Positions 11,522 to 21,990 of a stretch of 64,000 nucleotides of DNA are shown here, piece after piece. The DNA comes from Vulcanimicrobiota bacterium (lineage in GTDB: Bacteria > Vulcanimicrobiota > Vulcanimicrobiia > Vulcanimicrobiales > Vulcanimicrobiaceae). Below the pieces are notes generated by a model. The model did no database searches. It was not told the origin of the DNA and saw only the letters and a program-made list of their open reading frames with translations. The stretch is taken from assembly GCA_963844735.1 (NCBI GenBank), contig CAWJPK010000003.1:123640-187639 (forward strand). The letters run 5' to 3'. Each line of letters begins with the position of its first letter. Positions within the stretch are counted from its first letter, which is position 1. The translations under genes were made by a program, and so were the position numbers.

Positions 11522-12529
11522 ATGAGCTATACGCGCAAAGCTTTTGTCGGCGCTGCGTCCGCGTTCGCGTCTATAGGATACCTTCGGCGTCGGGCAGAGG
11601 CGGCCGAATTCAGTCTCAAGCTCGGCTTCGATCAGCCGGTCAATCATCCGATGACGATTCGAGCGCAACAAGCCGCCGACAAGGTAAAGCAAGAGTCGGG
11701 TGGCCGCCTCGAGGTGCTCGTCTTTCCGAACAATCAACTTGGCGGCGACAGCGCGATGCTCACGCAAGTACGTTCGGGTGCAACCCCAATGGTCTTGATG
11801 TCGGATGGCATCCTTTCCAACGTCGTGCCGCTTGCAGCCATTGAAAACGTCGCGTTTGCGTTTTCGAGCTACAGGCAAGCTTTTGATGTGATGGACGGTA
11901 CACTCGGCGGTCAGATGCGTACTGCGATCGGGAAAGCCGATCTGTATCCTTTTGCGAAGATTTGGTGCTCGGGGTTCAAGCAGGTCGTCAACAGCGTTCG
12001 AGCGCTGAACGGTCCTAGTGACTTCAAGGGATTGAAGTTCCGTGTTCCTCCGTCTCCGATGGAGACCGCGCTATTCCGTGCGGTCGATGCGTCCGCGGTT
12101 CCGATCAATTTCGCGGAAACGTACGTTGCGATGCAAACCCATCTCGTCGACGGCGCATCGCTTCCGATTGCGACGGTCGAGACGTCGAAGTTTTTCGAAG
12201 TGCAGAAGTATCTAACGAAAACGAATCATATCTTCACCGGCTACTCGTTGATCGCGCACGCGCCGACATGGCAGAAGCTGCCGAAAGACCTCCAGGAAAT
12301 GACCGAGCGGCATTTCAACGTCGCCGCCCTCTTGCAACGCAACGACATCATCGGATTGGACCAGCAGGCAGAAGGAAAACTGATCGGTGACGGCATGCAA
12401 ATCGCGCACGTCAATATTGCACCGTTTCGGCGTGCGATGCACGACGGCGGCTTCTACAAGACGTGGAAGGACCAATTCGGACGCGCCGCTTGGGACGCGC
12501 TCGAGAAATCGGTAGGGACGCTGAGCTGA
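11522..12529 (+). CDS. TRAP transporter solute-binding protein (DctP family), with no DctQM genes nearby
   Basis: The start is taken at MSYTRKAFVGAASAFASIGYLRRRAEA. The body has DctP-like motifs (LKLGFDQPVNHPM.., VFPNNQLGGD). Confidence 0.8.
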   Translation: MSYTRKAFVGAASAFASIGYLRRRAEAAEFSLKLGFDQPVNHPMTIRAQQAADKVKQESGGRLEVLVFPNNQLGGDSAMLTQVRSGATPMVLMSDGILSNVVPLAAIENVAFAFSSYRQAFDVMDGTLGGQMRTAIGKADLYPFAKIWCSGFKQVVNSVRALNGPSDFKGLKFRVPPSPMETALFRAVDASAVPINFAETYVAMQTHLVDGASLPIATVETSKFFEVQKYLTKTNHIFTGYSLIAHAPTWQKLPKDLQEMTERHFNVAALLQRNDIIGLDQQAEGKLIGDGMQIAHVNIAPFRRAMHDGGFYKTWKDQFGRAAWDALEKSVGTLS

Positions 12530-13239
12530 TCCACGTCGTCGCGGCCTTCCGCCGGGGACTGCCATCCGGCGTGCGAGCGGTAGCGGAGAAGAGGTTGCTC
12601 GCATGCGCGCGGCAGGCGGAAGCATCAGCCGGGGATCCCGTCGTCGTAGCGCTCATGGAGCTGGCCGGAAGTTTGAGCGGGAAGAACGACCGGTATTACG
12701 CGGCGCTCATCGCTGCCGTCGGAGCGCAGCAATTTCCGGGAGCTACTCCATTCGGTGCGTTGATGGCGGTTGGTGAAACGCTTTCGGAGGACGCGCGGCT
12801 GACGGCCTTTGCCATCGGATGTGAAGTCAACGTGCGCCTTGCCACATTGCTCGGTGCGCAGGTAGAACTGGGCTGGGACGCGGGCGGCATCGCAGGCGTG
12901 ATCGCAAGCGGCGTCACTGCCGCATTGCTGCTTGACGCTGAAGAGAAGCTGCTCGAGCGCACCGTCGGTATCGCTTCGAGCATGACGCTCGGTCAACGCG
13001 TCGCAAACGCTACGGCGAGTGCGCGATTGATTGCGGGCAAGGCATCTTCGAACGGCGTTCTTGCAGCCTTGCTCGCGCAGCGCAACTTTACCGGCCCTGC
13101 GAGCCTCGACAGTCCGCGCGGTTACGCGACGGTTTTAGGGGCAGCGAACGTTAGCGAGCTGTTCGCCGATTTGGGTGAGCGTTGGTTCTTTGCATTACTG
13201 TTTCCGAGCGCCTCACGGAGTTTGCGTCCGGACCGGTAA
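12526..13239 (+). CDS. Truncated MmgE/PrpD-family paralog (N-terminal domain only), with a probable CTG start
   Basis: It aligns by eye to the N-terminal domain of the next gene, up to the shared ..DLGERW motif. No ATG, GTG or TTG is available before the conserved part. CTG 12526 overlaps the DctP stop as CTGA. Confidence 0.5.
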   Translation: MIHVVAAFRRGLPSGVRAVAEKRLLACARQAEASAGDPVVVALMELAGSLSGKNDRYYAALIAAVGAQQFPGATPFGALMAVGETLSEDARLTAFAIGCEVNVRLATLLGAQVELGWDAGGIAGVIASGVTAALLLDAEEKLLERTVGIASSMTLGQRVANATASARLIAGKASSNGVLAALLAQRNFTGPASLDSPRGYATVLGAANVSELFADLGERWFFALLFPSASRSLRPDR

Positions 13240-14493
13240 GGCTGCGCGACGACGTCGCACTAATGGCGAAGCAAATCATCGCGAACGCTTTAGCGCTCGC
13301 GCTTGCGAGCTGGGAAACTGAGCCCGCTGCGATTGCATACTCCCTTGTCGAGAGCTTCCGGACTCCCGAGCAGGCAACCGTGTGGGGACGGAACGTGCGC
13401 GTCGGCGTTGGTTGGGCGGCGCTACTCAACGGAACCGCGGTGCATTTCGAGGATTACGATGACACGCACATGCGCACGCTTTTGCACCCCGGACCGGTCA
13501 TCGTTCCCGCGGCGCTCGCGATGATGGAGTACTGCAACGCGTCGAGCAGCGCGTTGCTGGAAGGCGTCGTGTTCGGTACCGAGATCGCTATGCGTATCGG
13601 CAACGGACTCAGCCCCGCGCATCACGCAGCGCGGCTGGCACGTCACCAGCACCATGGGGCGAATCGGAGCGAGCGTCGCTGCGGCTCGTGTCGCGGGCTT
13701 GTCCGCCGAGAACATGCGCAACGCGGTTGCGATTGCTGCTCTCGAGAGCGGCGGTGTCACGGCGACGCTCGGTACGATGACCAAGCCGCTCCATCCGGGG
13801 AAGGCGGCGTTCGACGGGATCGAAGCCGTGCTCTTGGCCCAACGAGGCATCGCGGGAGCGCCGCGCGCAATCGAAGGCGAGTTTGGTTTGGCGGCGCTGA
13901 TGAGCGATCGCGTCGATGTCGAGGCGATCTTCGATGGGCTCGGCGAACGCTGGGAGATTCTAGCGAACAGTTTCAAGCCGTATTCATGCGGCCTCGTCAG
14001 TCACCCGATCATCGATGCCGCAATCGAGCTGCGAACGCGAATCGCTCCCGAGGATATAGAACGCGTCGAGATTGACGCGCATCCGCTGGTACTCGATCTC
14101 ATGGGGAAGACGGATCCGCAGACCGGCCTCGAGAGTAAGTTCAGCGCATACCATTGCGCGGCAATCGGCTTTTTATACGGCGCGGGCGGACCGCAGCAAT
14201 TCTCGGATGCCTGCGCGCGTGACGCCGCCGTGCGCAGGCTGCGCGGCAAGGTTGCAATCGACGTCTCGAGCGGCGCCCCCGTCGGCGCGGTGCGCATGCG
14301 CGTACACGACCGTAACGGACGGCGCGAACACGTTGAAGTTGCGCACGCGACCGGTAGCATCGAAAATCCGATGTCTCCCGCGCAGCTCGAAGCGAAGGCG
14401 AAGGGCCTCTTAGGCGAGCGCTTCGATCAATTGCGTAAGCTGCTCGCGTTCTACGGGGTAAGCCCGGCGGGGAACCCCCTTCTCGGTAGCTAA
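13182..14493 (+). CDS. MmgE/PrpD family protein (2-methylcitrate dehydratase-like) with one frameshift near 13630
   Basis: The N-terminal part is in ORF 13182.. (ITVSERLTEFASG.., HFEDYDDTH). The motif GWHVTSTMGRIGA and the C-terminal domain are in ORF 13654..14493. Confidence 0.8.
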
Positions 14494-14503
14494 TCTGCGC
14501 CGG

Positions 14504-16976
14504 ATGCGATTTTTTGCGTGCACGCTGCTTCTCACTATTTGTCTCTGCGTTCCCGTCGCGGCTCGCGCCGCGGATTTGGATACATATACGCCGTTCACGT
14601 CCGGTGCGAGCGGACAAGCGGGCCTGTTCGGCATTTGGCGCAAGACATGGACACATTTACATCGATTTGACGACCGACCAGCTGGATAAGGATTTTCTCG
14701 AGACGATCGTCCCGGGAAACGGTTTGGGCGGAAGCTTCCTCGTCTGGGGCAATACGGATCACTTGCCGGCGATGCTGGTCCGCTTCGAGCGCGCCGACGA
14801 CAAGATCGCAATCGTTTGGCCCAACACTTCGTTCGTCGGATCGCGTGCGGTCCTGACGAACTTTCCGCAATCGGTCGTCGGAGCCGGGAAGATCGTTGCT
14901 GAGGGCAACGGACACATCGTGTTCGATGCGTCCCCACTCTATAAAGACGTCCTGGATCTCGATCACATCATCAATACGACGCTGCAAACCAAGCAGTTCA
15001 CGGCGTACCGGCTCGATCATGGACGGACCTATTTCGGTGCGATCAAGGACTTTCCGCAGAATACGTCGTCTTTCACGTCGAGCAGCTCTGGGCGACGCGC
15101 GAGCCGCACATTCAGCCGGACACCGCTCCGGACTCGCGCTCGTTGCAGATGGACGTCGTGTACAACTTTGCGCAGCTTCCGACCGACTCGTACACGCCGC
15201 GCTACGCCGACGATCGTGTCGGCATCTACGATGACATCTACATGGATTTTGCGCCGCGCGCGGATTTCTCGCTCGATCGGCGTTTGCGCTATCTCATCCG
15301 GTGGAACTTCGCGCCGCCGATCCCACGAAACCATCGCCGTCGACCCATCCGATGATCTTTTATTTGAGCAACACGATCCCGCAGCGTTTTCGCAAACCTA
15401 TACGCGACGCGGTCCTGAAATGGAACGCGCGCTTTCCAGCGGATCGGAATTCTCGATGCAATCCAAGTAAAAGATCAGCCAAGCGATCCCAACTGGGATG
15501 CGGACGATATCCGATACAATGTATTACGTTGGGTCACCGAACAACATGACAGCTTCGGCGCGGATTCACAGACGCTCTACGATCCGCGAACGGGCGAAGA
15601 GTTCCGGACCGGAATCCTGATCTCGGCCAATATCGCAGCGCACGCCGCTGCGACGTGGCGAAACGTCATCGATCCGATTCGCTATGGCCGCACGAGCGAT
15701 CCGGTTCCCGAGCAATTCATCGACGATACCTTTATGTCGACCATCTTGCACGAGACCGGCCACAATCTCGGGATGCAGCACAATTTCATCGGTCACGATG
15801 CGTACACGGCAAGGAATTACAAGATCCGAATTTCACCGCGAAGTTCGGCATCGCCACGACCGTGATGGAATATACGCCGCTGAACATTTGGCCGCGCGGG
15901 ACATCGCAAGGCGACTATCACCAAAAGGTACTCGGCCCGTACGACTATTACGCGATGAAGTATGCGTACGCGTCGATTCCCGGCGCGACCACGCCGGATG
16001 CCGAGCTGCCGACGCTCGAACGCTGGGCGCAAGCCTGGTCGAATCCGCTCTATCGTTATGCATCAGATGAAGACGTGGCATGGAAGGATGGCCATGCAGC
16101 CGACCCACGCGTCGAGCAAGGTGAGCTCACGAGCGATCAGCTCGGGTGGACGGAAGTTCAGCTCCGAATGAACCGCGCGCTGCTCGATCGCTACGCGCAG
16201 CTACTCCCACACGCTGGGACATGCGTACGAAGACGTTTCGGTCGCATTCGGAAGCACGTTGATGCGCTATTTAACGTTGGCATCGAAAACGGCGCACTTC
16301 ATCGGCGGGCAATATCTCTCGCGCGCGCATCATGGGGATCCCGGCGCCAATCCGCCGATCGTCCCGGTTTCTCTGGCAATGCAGCAACGTGCGTTCGGGA
16401 TTCTCAGCGCGTATTTGTTCTCGGACGAGCACTTGAGGTTCTCGCCCGCCCTCCTCGATGAGCTCGGATATTCGGAGTGGTCAGGGTACGGCTACGTCGA
16501 GTGGAACACGTACGGTAATCTGCCGCTCTGGGCGTACAACCCGCCGCCGCAGCATGATTTTCCGCTTGCCGAACACATCGCTCGCATCCAATCCGCAACG
16601 CTCGATGAGTTGTTTGCGCCGCTGGTTCTCCAGCGTTTGGAACGCAATCCGCTGCTGACATCGGGGCGTACGCTCGGCATGAGCGGCTTCTTCGATTGGA
16701 TGCAGCGCGCGATCTTCAGTGAGATCACCTCGCCGGGCACACGGACCATCTCGTTGTTGCGGCGCAACTTGCAATCGATGTACGTTACGAAGTTGCTTGC
16801 AGTCGTCAATGCGCCGCCGCGGATACACCGTCCGACGCACAAGCGCTGGCACGGCTCGAGCTGAAGCGCGTGCAACGGCTGCAGAAGCAAAGTCGCACGA
16901 AGGCGGGCTTGACGAAACCACGCAAGCTCATCTCGTGCTCTTGGCGCAGCGTGCCGCCGGGGCGGCACCGCGCTAA
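14504..16976 (+). pseudogene. Secreted zinc metalloprotease (HExxH met-zincin, DUF4953-like) with at least 8 frameshifts
   Basis: Signal peptide MRFFACTLLLTICLCVPVAARA. HETGHNLGMQHNF (15749..15763) lies in a frame missing from the ORF track. Homologous segments switch frame near 14645, 15060, 15320, 15436, 15810, 16230, 16830 and 16900. Confidence 0.8.
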
Positions 16977-18724
16977 GCGCAACTGCAGGTCGAAATACCC
17001 CGCGCGTAGCGCTGCGGCCGCGTCGGGAGACCGTTTGCGTTATCAAGGGTTCCGTCGTAGACTTTGTTGCCGCCGGAATACGTCGCGCGGATGCGGGTCT
17101 GCATGACCGATTCGGGCGCGGCCTTCATCCAGTCCTGATCCATCACGACGAAGTCGGCATACTTTCCGGGAGCAATCGAGCCGATCGTGTGCTCGGAGAA
17201 GTTTGCGTGTGCCGCCCAAATCGTCATCGAGCGCAGCGCCTCATCGCGATTCATACGTTGCGCTGGGTACCAACCGCCCGCGGGCAAGTTCTCACTGTTT
17301 TGCCGTGAGATCGCGGAGTGGAAGGTTCGCAGCGAATTCACCGGCTCGACTGGTGCATCCGTACCGTTTGCAATAATCACGCCCGTGTCGAGCAACGAGC
17401 GCCACGCGTAGGCGCCTTTGATCCGGTCGGGACCAAGCCGGTCTTGGGCCCATCCCATGTCACTGATCTGATGCGTCGTTTGCATCGACGGAATGATCCC
17501 AAGTGCTTTGAAACGCGGGATGTCTTGCGGGCTGAGTACCTGCGCGTGTTCGATGCGAAGCCGGTAGTCGTGCGGCGATACCGTGCGCAGTGCAGCTTCA
17601 TACGCATCCAAGACGATTCGGTTGCCGCGATCGCCGATTGCATGCACGCATGTTTGGAATCCGTGCGCCAGAGCGCGCGTCGCAACGTCCGTGATATGAG
17701 CTTGCGTGATGAGAAGAAGTCCGCTGTTCGCCGGATCGTCGGAATAGGGTTGCAAGAGCGCGGCGCCGCGCGACCCGAGCGCGCCGTCGGAGAACATTTT
17801 GATTGCGCGCACCGAGAGGCGGCCGTCATACGCGCCGTGCACGGGACCTTTGGCAAGATGCGTCGCGATCAGTTCGGGATCGTCGGATAGCATCGTGTGA
17901 ATCCGAATCGGAAGCTGGTCCGTTCGAGCAAGCTCTTCGAACGCGGCGAGCGCTGCGCCGGTCGTATTGGCTTCGCCTATTGCGGTAACGCCGAAGCGGT
18001 TCGCTTCCATGCAGGCTGCGCGCGCCCAGCGGACGAGCTGATCGTGCGACGGCGCGGGCACAACCTTAAAAATCAGCTCCATCGCGTTGTCGATGAAGAT
18101 TCCCGTCGGGTTGCCGCTCGCATCGCGCAGAATACGTCCGCCCGCCGGATCCGGCGTTGCCTTCGTAACTCGCGCGATACGCATTGCCTCGGCGTTGACG
18201 AGAATTGCGTGTCCGTCAACGCGGTGCAGGAGCACGGGCCGATTGGGGAGGGCCGCGCTCAGCGCCTCATGCGTCGGAAAGGTTTTGCCCGGCCAGAGAT
18301 TTTGATCCCAGCCGCCGCCGACGATCCAGTTGTCCGGCGACGTCTTCGCAAATGCAACCGTTCGCCGTACGATCTCATCGAACGACATAACGTGATACAG
18401 ATCGACTTCGTGGAGCGCCTGGCCGACGGCCGTGAGATGCAGGTGCGCATCGATCAGTCCCGGCAAGATCGTAGCGTTGCCGAAATCAACGACCTCCGTT
18501 TTAGAACCGCGCAGCGCGAGTGCGCCGTCGAGCGAGCCGGCGTAGACAAAGCGTCCGTCGCGAACGGCAAAGGCCGTTGCGGTTGGATTCGCCGTCTCGA
18601 GGGTGTGAATCGTTTGCGCGCTTACGATCAGGTCTGCGGGCGCATCTGCTGCTTGCGCTGCGCGTGCGAGCATCGGCGATCCGATCGCCGAGAGCGAAGC
18701 TTCCAAGAATCCGCGTCTGCGCAT
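16973..18724 (-). CDS. Tat-exported amidohydrolase (YtcJ-like, amidohydrolase 3)
   Basis: MRRRGFLEASL..ARAAQA signal. Motifs DAHLHL, HAIGD and GTDAPVEP. Confidence 0.85.
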   Translation of the reverse strand: MRRRGFLEASLSAIGSPMLARAAQAADAPADLIVSAQTIHTLETANPTATAFAVRDGRFVYAGSLDGALALRGSKTEVVDFGNATILPGLIDAHLHLTAVGQALHEVDLYHVMSFDEIVRRTVAFAKTSPDNWIVGGGWDQNLWPGKTFPTHEALSAALPNRPVLLHRVDGHAILVNAEAMRIARVTKATPDPAGGRILRDASGNPTGIFIDNAMELIFKVVPAPSHDQLVRWARAACMEANRFGVTAIGEANTTGAALAAFEELARTDQLPIRIHTMLSDDPELIATHLAKGPVHGAYDGRLSVRAIKMFSDGALGSRGAALLQPYSDDPANSGLLLITQAHITDVATRALAHGFQTCVHAIGDRGNRIVLDAYEAALRTVSPHDYRLRIEHAQVLSPQDIPRFKALGIIPSMQTTHQISDMGWAQDRLGPDRIKGAYAWRSLLDTGVIIANGTDAPVEPVNSLRTFHSAISRQNSENLPAGGWYPAQRMNRDEALRSMTIWAAHANFSEHTIGSIAPGKYADFVVMDQDWMKAAPESVMQTRIRATYSGGNKVYDGTLDNANGLPTRPQRYARGISTCSCA

Positions 18725-18752
18725 GCGCTGCAGTTCTCCGGGCGGGTTGAAA

Positions 18753-19343
18753 ATGCCTGAACGAAATCGCGTGACGCCTTACGGCGAGATCATCGCCACG
18801 CCGCTGCGCGGAAACTGGCTGGGGAATCGGGGTTGTATCCACCGCGGGTATGACGTCATACGACCGTGGGCGACCAGGCGATGGATAACGTGCACGCTCG
18901 AATATAAGGGTTGGGTCGCGCCGAAGTGGGTGCCGGGACGTTGGACGGCGCTCTTCTTTTACGATGAAGCGCTGGCGCTCGCCGCCGGACATCGGCCCTG
19001 CGCGCTCTGTCGTCGCGACGACTACAACCGTTTTGTCGCCGCCTTTGGGATAAGTGGTGCCGATCCGATCGACGCGCGCTTGCACGACGAGCGGCTGCAG
19101 CACCGTCGAAAACGCTTGCACGTTTTTCCGTGGCGCGAGATCCCTGCGGGCGCATACGTCGAGATCGACGCGGTGCCGCACGTCGTGCTTGCCGATACGG
19201 TCTTGCCCTGGTCGTCGCAAAGTGGATACGGTGAAGTTCGCGCGCGACCGAAGGCCGGCGACGCTCGCTTGATCACGCCACCCTCGACTATCCGTGCGAT
19301 TCTTTGCGGATATACGCCGCAAATCGGAGGGCCGAAGCCCTAG
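18753..19343 (+). CDS. Conserved hypothetical protein
   Basis: The start is taken at MPERNRVTPYGEI. It contains RGNWLGNRGCIH and HRPCALCRRDDY. No family was recognised. Confidence 0.6.
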   Translation: MPERNRVTPYGEIIATPLRGNWLGNRGCIHRGYDVIRPWATRRWITCTLEYKGWVAPKWVPGRWTALFFYDEALALAAGHRPCALCRRDDYNRFVAAFGISGADPIDARLHDERLQHRRKRLHVFPWREIPAGAYVEIDAVPHVVLADTVLPWSSQSGYGEVRARPKAGDARLITPPSTIRAILCGYTPQIGGPKP

Positions 19344-20113
19344 GCGTTCGAGGCTTCGACCTCCGCGCGAATGATGCCGAGAATCGAGCGCTTGAGCGAG
19401 ACGAACTCCTCCGAGGTCGTGACCTCGAGTGTCCGCGGACGCTGGATCGTGACACGCAAGCGCTCGCGAATCCGTCCCGGGCGCGCGCTCATTACGCAGA
19501 CCTGATCGCCGAGGAAGAGCGCTTCGTCAACGTCGTGCGTCACGAAGAGGATCGTCGGCTTTAGATCTTCCCAGATCGAGAGAAGAAGCTGCTGCATGGT
19601 CGCTCGTGTTTGCGCATCGAGTGCGCCGAACGGTTCGTCCATCAAGAGCACTTCCGGCTGATTGATGAGCGCGCGCGCGATCGCGACGCGCTGTCGCATT
19701 CCGCCGGAGAGCTCGTAGACTCGATGCCGTTTGAATTCGGAGAGACCCGTGGCTTTCAGCAACCGGTTGGCACGTGCGGTAGCCTCGTCGCGCGGTATGC
19801 CGCTCATGCGCGGTCCGAACATTACGTTCTCCCAAACGTCGAGCCACGGGAAGAGCTGCGGTTGCTGAAAAACCAGCGCGCGGCTAGGATGTGGTTTGTC
19901 AACCGGCTTGCCGCCGACCGTGGCGCGTCCACCCGTCGAGTTGTCGAAACCCGCGAGGATGTTCAAGATCGTGCTCTTCCCGCAGCCGCTCGGCCCGAGC
20001 AGACAGCAAATCTCGCCGTCGGCGACTGAAAAGGAAATGTCGGTCAGCGCAATCGTCGGTGCACGATCGCCACGGCCGGAGAACGTTTTTTCGAGGTTCT
20101 CGATCTCGATCAT
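19340..20113 (-). CDS. ABC transporter ATP-binding protein (NitT/TauT family)
   Basis: MIEIENLEKTF.., Walker A GPSGCGKST, signature LSGGMRQR and Walker B LLMDEP. ATGA overlap with the permease stop. The longer 428-aa ORF is a spurious upstream extension. Confidence 0.9.
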   Translation of the reverse strand: MIEIENLEKTFSGRGDRAPTIALTDISFSVADGEICCLLGPSGCGKSTILNILAGFDNSTGGRATVGGKPVDKPHPSRALVFQQPQLFPWLDVWENVMFGPRMSGIPRDEATARANRLLKATGLSEFKRHRVYELSGGMRQRVAIARALINQPEVLLMDEPFGALDAQTRATMQQLLLSIWEDLKPTILFVTHDVDEALFLGDQVCVMSARPGRIRERLRVTIQRPRTLEVTTSEEFVSLKRSILGIIRAEVEASNA

Positions 20114-20877
20114 GACTTGCCCGCCCAGTGCATCGCCCGGCGTTCGATCGCTTCGAGCGACATGCCCATGAAGAGTCCGATCACGCCGATCAAAATTACG
20201 CCGACGTAGACGTCGGTGATGCGGTAAAACGTCGCTGCGTCCTCGATCATGTAGCCGAGGCCTTTTTGAGCGGCGATCAGCTCGGCCGCAACGACGACTG
20301 CCCAGCTGACGGCAAGTCCGGTTTTCAATCCGGCCATGATCGAGGGCATCGCAGCAGGGAAGATCACGTGTCGAAAGAGCTGCACGCGATTCGCGCCGAG
20401 ATTGATTGCAGCGCGGATCAAACCTTCGGGAATCGTCGAGACGCCCGACGAGGTATTCAGCACGACATACAAAAACGACGCGAGAAAGATAACGAAGATC
20501 TTCGAGGTCTCGCCGATCCCGAACCAGAGCACCATGACCGGGATGAGCGCGATCGCGGGAACAGGCCGTAAGAGATTGAAGAGCGGACTCAGTACCGCGC
20601 GCACGTACGGATTGAGACCCATCCACAATCCGACCGGTATCGCAACGACGGCAGAAAGAATATAGCCTGTCAGCGTGCGGCCGAGACTAGCTGCGAAGTG
20701 CTCCCAGAGCGGCGTCCCCGCATATCCCGTTCGCAGGAGTGAGACGAACTCTTCCGCGATGCCGACCGGCGAAGCGAGAAATTTCGTCGAGATCGTGTGC
20801 GTTCCGTCGGTCAGCAGCTCCCAAAAGAGAAGTACCGCGAGAACGCTCGCGATGCTGATCGCGCGGAACGTCAGCGT
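20110..20877 (-). CDS. ABC transporter permease (TauC/SsuC-like) with a non-canonical start
   Basis: The frame is open from 20877, directly after the binding-protein TAG and in the same frame. The first 83 codons include TM1 (ISIASVLAVLLFWELL) but no ATG, GTG or TTG. CTG occurs at 20874. Confidence 0.75.
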   Translation of the reverse strand, partial: TLTFRAISIASVLAVLLFWELLTDGTHTISTKFLASPVGIAEEFVSLLRTGYAGTPLWEHFAASLGRTLTGYILSAVVAIPVGLWMGLNPYVRAVLSPLFNLLRPVPAIALIPVMVLWFGIGETSKIFVIFLASFLYVVLNTSSGVSTIPEGLIRAAINLGANRVQLFRHVIFPAAMPSIMAGLKTGLAVSWAVVVAAELIAAQKGLGYMIEDAATFYRITDVYVGVILIGVIGLFMGMSLEAIERRAMHWAGKS

Positions 20878-21921
20878 CTAGGCCTTTGCGCCGATAAACT
20901 GGGCAACGTACTTCGTCTCGATGGCCTTTGAAAAATCGGGAGACGTTTTCAACGAGCCCTGGTTCTTTTGAAATTCGGCTTGTCGAGAAAGCGCGTCGAT
21001 CAGTCCTTTGTCGCTGCGTATCGAGGCGGGATTGATTGAAAGCGGATAGCCGGGCTCCCAGCTCTGTTTCATCGTCGGCCACGTAGCTTCTTTGGTGAGC
21101 ACGCGCATCGCGAGCTCTTGCGTCACGCCCATGTCCGCGACGATATAGCTCGCAGCCTTTTGCGGATCTTTGGAAATCACGGCGGTGGCTTGATCGACGG
21201 CCTTGAGCAGACGCTCTACGATCTCGCCATTCTGCGCGAGCCAATCGGTCTGCGCGACCCAAACGATACCGCCTGCGACGCCGACCTCACCGTCGGTGAC
21301 GATCTGCTTGCCGCCGGCTGCGACCATCTCGCCTTGCCACGGCTCCCAATACCATCCACCGTCGATATCCCCGCGCGAAAAAGCCGGGATCAGCGCCGAG
21401 ACGTCGATATCGAGGAAGTTGATATCGGAGAGCGTCAGGCCGACTTTCTTCAATGCGGTTTGCAGCGCGTAGTCGCCGGAGGTGCCGCGCTTGGTCGCGA
21501 TCTTCTTGCCTTTTATATCTTTGAGCGAATTGATGCCGCTCTCTTTGCGCACGACGAGTGCTTCCGATCCCGGAGCGTAGTTCTCGATTGCGAAGATTTG
21601 CATCGGAACGCCTTGCGCGATTCCGACCACGGCAGGCGGCGTCCCCATGAAACCGACGTCGATGCTCTTCGAGAGGAACGCGGAAAAATAGGCCGGGCCC
21701 GACGTAAATTTGATCGCTTCGACGTTCAGGCCGTTCGCGGTGAACAAACCCTCGTGTTGCGCGACGAAATAGCGCGCGCCATTCAACGTCGGCTGCCACC
21801 CGATTCGAACGTTCATACTAGCCGCTCGTGATGTATTAGTCGAGGCGCCGATAACTGCCGCACCAGCGGCCGCGCCTGCGAGTTGTAATACCTCTCGACG
21901 AGTGTGATTCCGCATCATCAT
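20878..21921 (-). CDS. Tat-signal ABC substrate-binding protein (NMT1/THI5-like; sulfonate, nitrate or taurine type)
   Basis: MMMRNHTRREVLQLAGAAAGAAVIGA. The start is chosen at the Tat motif; ORF 20878..21990 extends further upstream. Confidence 0.8.
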   Translation of the reverse strand: MMMRNHTRREVLQLAGAAAGAAVIGASTNTSRAASMNVRIGWQPTLNGARYFVAQHEGLFTANGLNVEAIKFTSGPAYFSAFLSKSIDVGFMGTPPAVVGIAQGVPMQIFAIENYAPGSEALVVRKESGINSLKDIKGKKIATKRGTSGDYALQTALKKVGLTLSDINFLDIDVSALIPAFSRGDIDGGWYWEPWQGEMVAAGGKQIVTDGEVGVAGGIVWVAQTDWLAQNGEIVERLLKAVDQATAVISKDPQKAASYIVADMGVTQELAMRVLTKEATWPTMKQSWEPGYPLSINPASIRSDKGLIDALSRQAEFQKNQGSLKTSPDFSKAIETKYVAQFIGAKA

Positions 21922-21990
21922 CCTCCGAGATCGCTTTCGTGGGAGATCGTCGTTCCGCACCGAAGTTGAGCCGCCCTTTGAGTACATCAT

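Noticed and set aside
17897-19322. ORFs 17897..18760 (+) and 18501..19322 (-), which overlap the amidohydrolase and the hypothetical gene
   Set aside because: These are shadow frames of better-supported genes, with low-complexity Arg-rich translations.
19340-20626. 428-aa version of the ABC ATPase ORF
   Set aside because: The N-terminal 170 aa overlap the permease gene in another frame and have no ABC features. The true start, MIEIENL at 20113, forms an ATGA junction.
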